Virus record (IMG/VR): IMGVR_UViG_3300046000_011464 | Coordinates: 1-56,699 of that record | DNA length: 56,699 nt | Source of the DNA: a virus | Lineage: Duplodnaviria; Caudoviricetes | Direction: 5' to 3' (one strand) | Part shown: piece by piece, positions 10,246-19,073 of the stretch | How positions within the stretch are numbered: the first letter of the stretch is position 1 | Layout: every line of letters starts with the position of its first letter | Position numbers and translations under genes: made by a program | Notes under the pieces: model-generated | Told to the model about the DNA's origin: nothing | Databases searched by the model: none | Seen by the model: only the letters and a program-made list of their open reading frames with translations

Positions 10246-10488
10246 TTAAAATCTTGATTTTACTTGTGGATTTTTATCTGGTGGTACTCCATTTCTATCT
10301 TTACGTGCTTCAACCCAACCATCTTTAGTGAGTTGAAAACCATATAGATAATATTCGTCTTTCTTTTTTTCACTTTTTGGATACTTTAATGCTGGTCCAT
10401 CCCAGTTATGAAGTTTGCCATCAAAATACGTAATTGTTCTACCATCAGTAGAACTAAATGTTCTAGTTTTATAATCTTTATTTTCCAT
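10246..10488 (-). CDS. Hypothetical protein with a GKLHNWDGPA motif
   Basis: Likely start MENKDY at 10488; single copy of an LH-x-x-DGPA beta repeat. Confidence 0.6.
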   Translation of the reverse strand: MENKDYKTRTFSSTDGRTITYFDGKLHNWDGPALKYPKSEKKKDEYYLYGFQLTKDGWVEARKDRNGVPPDKNPQVKSRF

Positions 10489-10508
10489 AATATTAAATAT
10501 AATAAAAT

Positions 10509-11456
10509 TTATTTGTATTTCCAAATAAATCCATAAGCTGTTTTTTGTAAACCTTTTAGACATTTTCTAATGGTTTCACCATTAGTTCCTTTGATTTCTA
10601 ATCCTGCTTGCATTATGCTGGTCCACTTTTTAATAAAGTTCCCATTTAAGTCTGATTGTATTATTGGGAGAGCCTTACTATGGCCTAATTTAGGTTTACC
10701 TTGGTGTTTAATTCTAATTCTATTTCTTCTTAGTAATTCAACTTCACTAGTAGATAGGTTTTCTATTTCTTTTTTTCTTAATCGTTCTTTACTATTATCC
10801 CATAAACCCTTTTTTTCTTTAGTTTGTAATGAAATTTCTTTATTGTATAAATTTGCACATTTTTGACAACAATATTTTTTATATCCTTTGGTATAATTTT
10901 GAAATCTTTTTACCCCATTATTACATAAGCAAATAATATTTTTAATATTAAGTTTATTATTATAACAATAGTTTATACAATGTTTAGAATTTTCTGTTAA
11001 ATTAATATTAGGGTATAACTCTATAAAAATATTAATATAAATCTCATTTATAATTAAACCTTGCTCCTTACGTTTATTTAACCATTGAGACTTTTGGGAT
11101 TGAATACGTTTTTGTTTTTCCTCAAGGGTTTGAATACGATTTTTATAGATTTCAGAAGCTACTATTTTAATCCTTTCATAAACTCTTGATGACACCTTAT
11201 ACCTTTTACCTTCCTTTTTATTTTTATTAGTAGACATTAACCACAAAGCTTGATATAATTTTATACTTTTAGGATAAATTTCACAAAGCAACATATGGCA
11301 TAAAAAATGTTCTCTTGCTGTTAATTCTATTAAATTTTCTTTATCATTACTCCCCCCTAAACATTTAGGGAGGATATGATGTTTTTCTTTATAACCTTCT
11401 AAGGTTCTATTTTGAGCTCTTTCTACTATTTGATTGTAAATTCTTTGATAATCCAT
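10509..11456 (-). mobile_element. Free-standing HNH homing endonuclease with C-terminal NUMOD1/IENR1-like DNA-binding module
   Basis: EKHHILPKCLGGSND...NLIELTAREHFLCH; C-terminal IIQSDLNGNFIKKWTSI...IRKCLKG..KTAYGFIWKYK. Confidence 0.85.
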
Positions 11457-11486
11457 AATATACGTTTTTTATTCGCGTATAAATAT

Positions 11487-12794
11487 TTAAGAATTTTGAA
11501 GGATCGAAGAAGCTATGTAAATACCTTGTGCACCACTTACGGTTATACCGCGCGCACTTAGAGCATCTCCTGCAAAATAAACATTTGGATATCCTATTAG
11601 AGATAAATCATCATAATTTACTATAACTTCATCATTTAAATACTTGACCTCCGGAATATATATCCCATAATCATCTCCTAATGTTGGAAATACTTTTTTC
11701 ATATCATCTATAAATTCATCAATATAACTGAAGTAACCTTCAAATGTTTCTCTTACTTCATCCATTCCTAATTTATCTATTTGATAAGCTTCTACAAAAT
11801 CACCTTCTGATGTTTTAGACACTGTACGAGTTGGAGAGTAATATAGACCTTGTTCACTAATTGATTGACATTGTTTTACAACATTTCTACTCCAAGTAAA
11901 TGGATCTTCAATACCATTTAATTCCATTATGATACCAAAGTTAGTCATATCGTTTCGATAACGCTCGTCTTTTTTAGCATGACCATTATAAGTATAGTTC
12001 CCGTATGTTTCTTCTACTGCAACATATGCAGCATTATTGTTGGTACAGAATGAACGTAGTGATACTCCTTTATCATCAAATTTTCTATATAACTTAAAGT
12101 CATATGATACATCAATCAATTTTTGAAAGTGATGTTGTGGTGCTTCAAAACGAACACCAATTTGTACTGATTTAGGTTCAGTTGGTAATTTGTATCTATC
12201 TGCTAATTCTTTACCAAAGTCAATACCTGATTTACCTACACCAAATATAAGTTCATCATATTCTATACTATCTCCTCCTTGTAAATGAACTGTATTAATA
12301 TTAAATAAAATGTCAGTTACTTTAGTTTCCCATTTAAATTCAACTCCATTATCAACTAAATACTTATACCAGTTTTTTCCTATTTCGTGTAGGTAGTCAG
12401 TTCCAATATGATATACCCCAAATAAACGCAGACCGAAATATGGTTTAATAAAGTCTGGTTCTTCTGTTGGGTTTGAGTACATGATAGCTTCAGGTTTTGG
12501 GTGAAAACGTTTTACCATTTCTATAACCTGGTTCATTAAATTGTATGCTTTGTCTTCTCCACAATATTTTGAAAGTTGACCTCCAATAGATGTGTGATAT
12601 GTTAATTTACCATCACTCCAAAGTCCACACCCCATGAAACCTGACATGACTTCATCAGGTTGGCGTTTGTAGGGATCTTTACCCATATCTATTATTGTGA
12701 TGAGTTCTCCAGGGTAGCCGTTATCTACAAGTTTAGTAGCAGCACATATACCAGCAACTCCTCCACCTACAAATACAATTTTCTTTTTTTCCAT
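11487..12794 (-). CDS. FAD-dependent oxidoreductase (COG2509-like uncharacterised dehydrogenase)
   Basis: VFVGGGVAG dinucleotide fold, GLWSDGKL, HIGTD, IGVRFE, RSFCTN, YIPEVKY, YFAGD. Confidence 0.85.
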   Translation of the reverse strand: MEKKKIVFVGGGVAGICAATKLVDNGYPGELITIIDMGKDPYKRQPDEVMSGFMGCGLWSDGKLTYHTSIGGQLSKYCGEDKAYNLMNQVIEMVKRFHPKPEAIMYSNPTEEPDFIKPYFGLRLFGVYHIGTDYLHEIGKNWYKYLVDNGVEFKWETKVTDILFNINTVHLQGGDSIEYDELIFGVGKSGIDFGKELADRYKLPTEPKSVQIGVRFEAPQHHFQKLIDVSYDFKLYRKFDDKGVSLRSFCTNNNAAYVAVEETYGNYTYNGHAKKDERYRNDMTNFGIIMELNGIEDPFTWSRNVVKQCQSISEQGLYYSPTRTVSKTSEGDFVEAYQIDKLGMDEVRETFEGYFSYIDEFIDDMKKVFPTLGDDYGIYIPEVKYLNDEVIVNYDDLSLIGYPNVYFAGDALSARGITVSGAQGIYIASSILQNS

Positions 12795-12831
12795 TTTATT
12801 TTATAAATTTTTAATAGGTTATAATATAATT

Positions 12832-12872
12832 AAGAAAATCTGCTTATCCAAATGGAATTGCAGATTTCTTTT
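12832..12872 (-). terminator. Stem-loop, probable terminator
   Basis: AAGAAA-ATCTGC...GCAGAT-TTCTT inverted repeat between ORFs 12892 and 12794. Confidence 0.5.
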
Positions 12873-12891
12873 GTTTTATTTTAAATTAAAG

Positions 12892-14727
12892 TTATGATAC
12901 TTTTACAAATACTGAACTTGATTTTGTTGATGAAGAAGCATAATTTAACATATCTGATATTACTTCATTCTGTCTATTAGGTTCTAATGAATTTATGATA
13001 AATGCTAGTTTTGTTGATAAGTATTTAGAAACTAACCAGTTTAAATCTTTTGATTGTACTAATGCATTAAATTCTTCAGTATTTATGTTTTCAACGATAG
13101 TAGAATATGATTGATAAAAATCATCAATTAATCTTTGATTATTAGATTTAAACCCTTCTTGTACTTCTTTAGCATTAGGTAATAATGGTAAATCATTCAA
13201 TTTTAAAACATCATTAATAGGACCTTGACCTATTTTACCACCAGCTGCTTTTTTACCTTTTATTTCACCTGCAAAATTACCTGCAAAATTAAATGTTCTA
13301 AATGTGATAGATCCATCATCGTAAAGTAAAACTGTATTGTTATTAGTAGGTCTTGAATCGTATCCTTTGTATTGATATGATTGGGTTGAGTCTTTAGCTA
13401 AATTATATATTTTTATTTCTCCACCTCCAGAAAGTTGTTTTAATGAAACACCAATTAATTTTCTATCATTATATAGTTCAACTAACATTCCGTTTAATTC
13501 TTCAAAATTAGTTGGAAATTCAATTCCCAAAATAGATTCATCTACCATCCAAATATCGGCAGGATTCCATTTATCAGAATTTAATGAACTATCTGCTTTT
13601 TTCTTAGCTGCATTAAATGCACTATAAATTGATTTTACAAATGAAGAACCTCTATGTTGTTGTAAGGATTTACTTGGAAATGTTTTTAATAATAAATTTG
13701 CAGTATTAACAAAAGTTGATGTCCATTGTTTTTTATTAGCAACATATTCTATAATAGAATCTAATCCAGCAGTAACATCACTTATAGCATAAGCTGCTGT
13801 TAAGTTTTCAGGAGTTAAATCTTCAGCACTTATAATTTTTCCTAAAATTTTATATGCAATAGAATTTACTACACTTTGAGCTGATTCTTGTATTTCAGTA
13901 TTTTCAGCTCCACCTCCTTGCCCGGCTCCGCTTCCAAATTCAGGTGTTTTTTTAAATGCAGATAATCCATAAGCATTACCTTCAGTATCAATAAATACTT
14001 TACCTTTACCTAATGTTTTATAATCTTTAGATTGTAAAACTTTAATGGCATCAGCAGTTGCTTTAGGGTCTAAAACTACTTGGGTACCATCATTTAATTC
14101 AAAAGGTTCTTGATTTTTTAGTTTATCTAAAAATCTTTCACCTCTATCATCATATTGATCTTTAAATTCAGATTTAGAAGTAAATGGTTTTTCTAATTCG
14201 GCAGGTGATAAACTTGCCTCTTTAATATAAAATTTTAATTTTTTTTTTAATCCCTCTTTTACTTCTTCAGGTGTTGTTTCTTCTGCAGGTGCTTCTTCTG
14301 TATCTTTATCTTGTAAATCAGCTTGATTTTCTTCAGGATTATTAGGACCTGAGCTACCAGGTGGTACTCCTAATTCTAACAATTGAGCAATAGAAGTAAT
14401 AGCAAATTGTTCTTCAGATAAATTTAATAAGTAATATTTTTTACCTGCTATTTTGGCAGTGTATGCTTCAGGACCATATATTAAATAAAATTCTTGCCCA
14501 TTATGAAGTATAACTCTAAATGTAGTTGGTTTTGGAGCTGTAACAAATACACCTGAAATATAATCTCTATAATGTGGTGTCATTAAATCAGACATTGTAG
14601 CATCTAATGAAGGATATTTTTGGAGAATATATTCTAAAGGATCACTTTCAAAAGTCAGAAGTTGAGAATTTTTAAAATCCTCAATTTCTTCTTTAATTAA
14701 TTGTCTTAATATTGATATTTTAGTCAT
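12892..14727 (-). CDS. Multi-domain protein with C-terminal PD-(D/E)XK-like nuclease fold
   Basis: TEIQES...DKWNPADIWMVD...LIGVSLKQ pattern; N-terminal LRQLIKEE tag; acidic linker. Confidence 0.55.
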   Translation of the reverse strand: MTKISILRQLIKEEIEDFKNSQLLTFESDPLEYILQKYPSLDATMSDLMTPHYRDYISGVFVTAPKPTTFRVILHNGQEFYLIYGPEAYTAKIAGKKYYLLNLSEEQFAITSIAQLLELGVPPGSSGPNNPEENQADLQDKDTEEAPAEETTPEEVKEGLKKKLKFYIKEASLSPAELEKPFTSKSEFKDQYDDRGERFLDKLKNQEPFELNDGTQVVLDPKATADAIKVLQSKDYKTLGKGKVFIDTEGNAYGLSAFKKTPEFGSGAGQGGGAENTEIQESAQSVVNSIAYKILGKIISAEDLTPENLTAAYAISDVTAGLDSIIEYVANKKQWTSTFVNTANLLLKTFPSKSLQQHRGSSFVKSIYSAFNAAKKKADSSLNSDKWNPADIWMVDESILGIEFPTNFEELNGMLVELYNDRKLIGVSLKQLSGGGEIKIYNLAKDSTQSYQYKGYDSRPTNNNTVLLYDDGSITFRTFNFAGNFAGEIKGKKAAGGKIGQGPINDVLKLNDLPLLPNAKEVQEGFKSNNQRLIDDFYQSYSTIVENINTEEFNALVQSKDLNWLVSKYLSTKLAFIINSLEPNRQNEVISDMLNYASSSTKSSSVFVKVS

Positions 14728-14730
14728 AAT

Positions 14731-15075
14731 TTAATCTTGGGTTGAATAAGGTGTTCCTTGTTCTTTAAATCCTATTACCCCTGGAATGTTTCTAATACCA
14801 TCAGTAATGGTTTTAAGAGTAGTTTCAGAATCAAATTTATTTTGTTTAACGTATGGGTAAGGATCAACTTTAATTTCTAATTTACTTCTAAAGTATCTTG
14901 AGGTTGAATCTTGTTCCATCTCTACATTACGTACAACAGTAATAGCAGGTAAGGCTCTAACATCAGAAAGAATATCTTTTTGATTTCTTTTCTCGTCATC
15001 TACAATTAATATTCCTTCTAAGTGAAATATTTTGTCTAGATTACCTTCGTTTAATAATTTACTTATTGATATCAT
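14731..15075 (-). CDS. Hypothetical protein (N-terminal MISISKLLNE tag)
   Basis: 114-aa ORF, tightly packed with neighbours. Confidence 0.65.
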   Translation of the reverse strand: MISISKLLNEGNLDKIFHLEGILIVDDEKRNQKDILSDVRALPAITVVRNVEMEQDSTSRYFRSKLEIKVDPYPYVKQNKFDSETTLKTITDGIRNIPGVIGFKEQGTPYSTQD

Positions 15076-15077
15076 AA

Positions 15078-15323
15078 TTATTTATTTAAGGGTTCCCACC
15101 AATTAGTACAATATTCGTCAGCAGCATATGGTATAGTATTGGTACCAGCCCAATCATAATAATAATTACTAGTACAAATTTGTTCTTCTTGATTCCACCA
15201 TTTACAATTTGCGCAACATGAACCTCCTTTAGGTACCTGTAATCCTGCTTTATGGTTAGGAGGTAAAACCATTTCACCTGGCCCTCCGTAATTTTCAGTT
15301 AGTATGTTTTGTAGCTTTATCAT
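15078..15323 (-). CDS. Small Cys-rich protein (CxxC-x9-C-x21-C), possible metal/Fe-S binding
   Basis: Likely start MIKLQNILTE at 15323 (ATGA overlap); SCCANCKWW...IC...YCTNWW. Confidence 0.6.
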   Translation of the reverse strand: MIKLQNILTENYGGPGEMVLPPNHKAGLQVPKGGSCCANCKWWNQEEQICTSNYYYDWAGTNTIPYAADEYCTNWWEPLNK

Positions 15324-15715
15324 TTTGTTTTTCCCCAAGTTTTACCTTTACCTTTTCTTTTACATCCAGCAGGAGTAGGTCTACAAGCAGGATATTTAGC
15401 ACGTTTTTCACCTTCTTTTCTACCACAAGCTTTATAACCTCCTTTACCATCAGGTGCATTACAATCTACCCATCCACCTTCTTTACCTTTAGGGCCTGAA
15501 CGTTTAAACCAAGTACGTAATGTTTCTTTTTGTGCTTCAGTTAATTTTTCAAATTTTTCTTTTAAATCTTTCCAAATATCACCTTGACGACATCTAACAA
15601 TTTGACCTGATCTATATGCTGATGATTTTGGGTTTTTGCGTCTTGCAATACGTAAACATCTATCTGCTTTTTTCTCAGATAATATTTGGTTTAATATTTC
15701 AGAAAGTTTTATCAC
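15320..15715 (-). CDS. Basic Cys/Trp-containing hypothetical protein
   Basis: MIKLSEILNQILSE tag; LRTWFK..GGWVDC..ACGR..KYPACRP. Confidence 0.65.
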   Translation of the reverse strand: MIKLSEILNQILSEKKADRCLRIARRKNPKSSAYRSGQIVRCRQGDIWKDLKEKFEKLTEAQKETLRTWFKRSGPKGKEGGWVDCNAPDGKGGYKACGRKEGEKRAKYPACRPTPAGCKRKGKGKTWGKTK

Positions 15716-15960
15716 TTTTTACTAACTATTTTATTATAGTCAGTCATAGATAAAGTTTTTCCATTAGCACTTAAAGCAATAGCTTTTTCAGTTACATCAT
15801 GTAAATCCATATCAGTTTTAGCATCTTCCCTCGCATATTCTAACATACGAATAAATAGTGGAACGTCCAAAATTATTTTGTCTGTTGGATTAGATTGTTT
15901 TTCTAAAAAAACTTGTTCTACTGCTTCTCTAATGAGGAATCTTAAGGTTGATTTATCCAT
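15712..15960 (-). CDS. Hypothetical protein
   Basis: MDKSTLRFLIRE tag; LDVPLFIRMLEYARED. Confidence 0.65.
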   Translation of the reverse strand: MDKSTLRFLIREAVEQVFLEKQSNPTDKIILDVPLFIRMLEYAREDAKTDMDLHDVTEKAIALSANGKTLSMTDYNKIVSKK

Positions 15961-15961
15961 T

Positions 15962-16069
15962 TTATTTATATTTAGCTAAAATTTGTTCGTTATTTTTAAT
16001 AACGTTTTGTCTTTTAACTTGATTTCCGTGGTTAGGTTTTTGTTTGCCTGGTTTTCTTGATTTAGACAT
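15962..16069 (-). CDS. Small basic protein (35 aa), not in ORF track
   Basis: MSKSRKPGKQKPNHGNQVKRQNVIKNNEQILAKYK*; fills the gap exactly. Confidence 0.55.
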   Translation of the reverse strand: MSKSRKPGKQKPNHGNQVKRQNVIKNNEQILAKYK

Positions 16070-17366
16070 TTTCTTCTAAATTATCAGCGTATTTAGTTAA
16101 TTTATCTTTAGCGTAATCAGCTGCTTGATCTAATTTTCCTTTTACTTTATCTTTTAAAGTATTGTAAACTGCTTTTAATGCTTGATCAGCTTCAGCATCA
16201 TCTTCAATATTTAAAGCAGCTTGGAATGCATTTAAAATATCATCCATTGAAGTTTCTCCTTCAGCTTCAGCTAGTTTTTTAGCTTTAGCAGTAGCAATAG
16301 CATATGTTTTAGAATCTTTTGAAGCACCTTGTTTAGCCATAGCTTTTACAATATCTTCTTTTTTATTTTTTTCAGCTTTAGATAATTTCTTCTCTTGAAG
16401 AACTTCCATTACAGCTTGTTTGATTTGGTCTTTGATTGATTCTTTCATTGGTTTTTTAGGTTGTGATGCTATAAATTGTAAAGCAGATGTTATTAAGTTT
16501 TTCTTTTGTGAATCAGTAATATCAGCTACAGTGATTTTACCTCCATCAACAGTAGTTTTTTCAGCAAAATCTTTTGGTATTAATTTTTTAAATTTAGCTG
16601 CTAATTCAGGTGTATCAAAAGTTTTAATAAAGTTGATTTTTTCTACTTTACCTTGCGTATTTGAAGTTGTTGCAGGTTGATCATCTGATTCTTGTTGAGA
16701 TATGCTATATTGTAGTTTAGCATTACCCATTATAGTTTTAAGTACTTTAGTTAAGTAATCTTTAGTTTCGAATGGATTTTTCTTTTGTGGAAAAACAATT
16801 TTATCACCATCAACTACAAAATCTTTATCTTTAGCCATTACACCACTGTACTTTTTTAAGTTATCAGGTGTTTTCATTGGGTAAAATGTAGATGCGTATT
16901 TACCAAAGAAATCCATTGGTAAATCTTTAGCTTCCAATGTAATTATAAATTCATTAAATGAATCATTATCATTTTCAACTGACCATTCATCAAATTTGCT
17001 TTGTAGTTGTTGTTCTACTTTAGCCCATTCTTGTGGTGCTCTACTTTTAATATCAATTATTTTGGAAAGTCTTTCGTTTTCGTTACTTTGATCCCAAGTT
17101 TCTTTAGCTACTCTACCTTTAGTTGCAGGTACAGATGGGCCAAATATTTTAGAAATAATTTTTGGATCTCTTAAGTTATTAGCATAAATACCGTAATTTT
17201 TAATATCGGATAATGCTGCTAAAGCAGATTCTAAATTAGCAGGTTCAAGTACTAAATCATACAGAGCTTTTTCAAGTCCTGTTTGTTTTTCCTCTTCACC
17301 ACCTTCAAGTTCCTCTTTAATTAACTTATATAGATGAGTTTTTAAAAGTTCAAAATTATTTGTCAT
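16062..17366 (-). CDS. Hypothetical modular protein, probable internal head protein
   Basis: LYKLIKEE tag, internal EVLQE and KLAE junctions. Confidence 0.65.
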   Translation of the reverse strand: MTNNFELLKTHLYKLIKEELEGGEEEKQTGLEKALYDLVLEPANLESALAALSDIKNYGIYANNLRDPKIISKIFGPSVPATKGRVAKETWDQSNENERLSKIIDIKSRAPQEWAKVEQQLQSKFDEWSVENDNDSFNEFIITLEAKDLPMDFFGKYASTFYPMKTPDNLKKYSGVMAKDKDFVVDGDKIVFPQKKNPFETKDYLTKVLKTIMGNAKLQYSISQQESDDQPATTSNTQGKVEKINFIKTFDTPELAAKFKKLIPKDFAEKTTVDGGKITVADITDSQKKNLITSALQFIASQPKKPMKESIKDQIKQAVMEVLQEKKLSKAEKNKKEDIVKAMAKQGASKDSKTYAIATAKAKKLAEAEGETSMDDILNAFQAALNIEDDAEADQALKAVYNTLKDKVKGKLDQAADYAKDKLTKYADNLEENV

Positions 17367-17931
17367 CTTTAGTTTCTTTCTTTTCTTTTTTAGGAGATGA
17401 TTTTTCTAATGCTGATTTTAGTTTTTCTAGTACTTGTTCAGCTTTTTCTAATTTAGCAGTATAGTTTGATAATTCACCTCTCATTTCAGGATTATCAATT
17501 AATTTAGCCATTTCAGCTTTTAAATCAGCTACTTGTTTTTCTAAACCACCTACTTTAACTTGACCTTTTTTAACATTCTCTTTTAATTCCAAATCTCTTT
17601 GTTTAAGAGCTTTTTTACCAGCTGCTAAAGCTTGATTAGAATTTAAATAAGCACCTACATATTCATTACCACCAATAATATTGCCATCTAAAAGTTCTTC
17701 TAGAGTTACTGTTTCAATAATACCTCCTTCACTCATATCTTTAGTAGCTTTTTTAACTAAATAAATTTTACCATCTTTAGTTACTTTATCTTCAAACATT
17801 GAACCTGGGGTAGATGTTAATGATTCTTCTGTTTTTTCTTCAGTTTTTCCTTCTTCGGTAACTGAATTTAGTTCTGATAAATAATCAGTAATGCTTTCTT
17901 TAATTATGTTTTTTAATTCTAATCTTTTCAT
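17356..17931 (-). CDS. Hypothetical coiled-coil protein
   Basis: MKRLELKNIIKE tag, late motif at 17948. Confidence 0.65.
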   Translation of the reverse strand: MKRLELKNIIKESITDYLSELNSVTEEGKTEEKTEESLTSTPGSMFEDKVTKDGKIYLVKKATKDMSEGGIIETVTLEELLDGNIIGGNEYVGAYLNSNQALAAGKKALKQRDLELKENVKKGQVKVGGLEKQVADLKAEMAKLIDNPEMRGELSNYTAKLEKAEQVLEKLKSALEKSSPKKEKKETKDDK

Positions 17932-17956
17932 GGGTGTTAGTTTTTGATATAAATAT

Positions 17957-18526
17957 TTATATTTCTAAGTTTCTTAATCGTTTTATATTGCTTTTAATTG
18001 CTTTTATAACTTCAGGATCAATACTCCCACCATCCCATTTTTCTATATCACCTGCTTCGGTAACATACGTTGTATTTTTTGAATTAAAGTACTCATCGAA
18101 CATTTGTTCGGCATCATCTATAGTAGCATTTTTGTTAGCATTAAGCATTTCTTTTTCATAGGCTTCATACTTACCTGTTACTCTTAATTTACCTTCCATT
18201 TTAATAACACAATCAAAACAGGTGCTATGTATGTTATACATTTTTCTATTTAATGGAAAATCTTTCATGGGTTTAGAACAACATGGGCAATTAAGTGGAA
18301 ATTCTACCATTGCCTTTAGCGCATCATGCTTGGTGATGGTTTGCTTAATACCGTTGTAAATAGTCCAGGTTTTACCGTTTTCTTCCCACATATCACCCTC
18401 AATATGAGTAACTTGTTTTTTACTATAACCGGCTTGAATTCTAGTAGCATTTCCAGTATTACCTGAAATAATATTTCGCATTCTTTGAATGTCGTGTTCC
18501 GAAAATTCTTTATTTAATTGTGACAT
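17957..18526 (-). CDS. Hypothetical Zn-finger protein
   Basis: CPCC...CFDC; EGDMWEENGKTW. Confidence 0.65.
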   Translation of the reverse strand: MSQLNKEFSEHDIQRMRNIISGNTGNATRIQAGYSKKQVTHIEGDMWEENGKTWTIYNGIKQTITKHDALKAMVEFPLNCPCCSKPMKDFPLNRKMYNIHSTCFDCVIKMEGKLRVTGKYEAYEKEMLNANKNATIDDAEQMFDEYFNSKNTTYVTEAGDIEKWDGGSIDPEVIKAIKSNIKRLRNLEI

Positions 18527-18529
18527 AAC

Positions 18530-19069
18530 TTATATTCCTAATTTTTTTAAATCGTTTATTGCTTGATCTGTGTTTTTATATAAAATTCCAATACCATTTT
18601 TAGATTTCCAATTCATAATGGTATCTTCTCTATCGTCAATTAGTATTTTGTTTGGTCCTGCTAAATCAGATTTTTGTTTAGCTTGTTTAAAAACAATTGG
18701 AGTACCTGGGATGTGATCTTGTACCCATAGTGTTTTTCCTATGCGGCTTGATTCATGGTATGAAGGAGCGGTAAGTAAAGTTGGTTTGTAAGGTTTAATG
18801 TAATCCCATAATTCTTTACCTCCAGGCATCCAAGGAATACCTCTCCAAAATCTTACTCCAATTTCATTATCAATAAGTTTCCAAAACATTTCTGTAGCTT
18901 TATTTTCACCATATTTTTGGGTCATTTCAGCTCTATATTGATCAGGAGACATTCCTGTAAAATGTTCAAAGCGACCTTCAAAATCTGCTAAAACTCCATC
19001 CTGATCGGAGAATATCTGATAGTTTATTTTTGGTTTTTCTTCTTCAAAAAGTTTATTTATTGATATCAT
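18530..19069 (-). CDS. HAD-family 5'(3')-deoxyribonucleotidase-like phosphatase
   Basis: SDQDGVLADF (motif I), LLTAP, GKTLWV, ILIDD. Confidence 0.8.
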   Translation of the reverse strand: MISINKLFEEEKPKINYQIFSDQDGVLADFEGRFEHFTGMSPDQYRAEMTQKYGENKATEMFWKLIDNEIGVRFWRGIPWMPGGKELWDYIKPYKPTLLTAPSYHESSRIGKTLWVQDHIPGTPIVFKQAKQKSDLAGPNKILIDDREDTIMNWKSKNGIGILYKNTDQAINDLKKLGI

Positions 19070-19073
19070 TTTT

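Noticed and set aside
15086-15277. Alternative-frame ORF of 63 aa
   Set aside because: Nested within the better-supported tagged Cys-rich ORF
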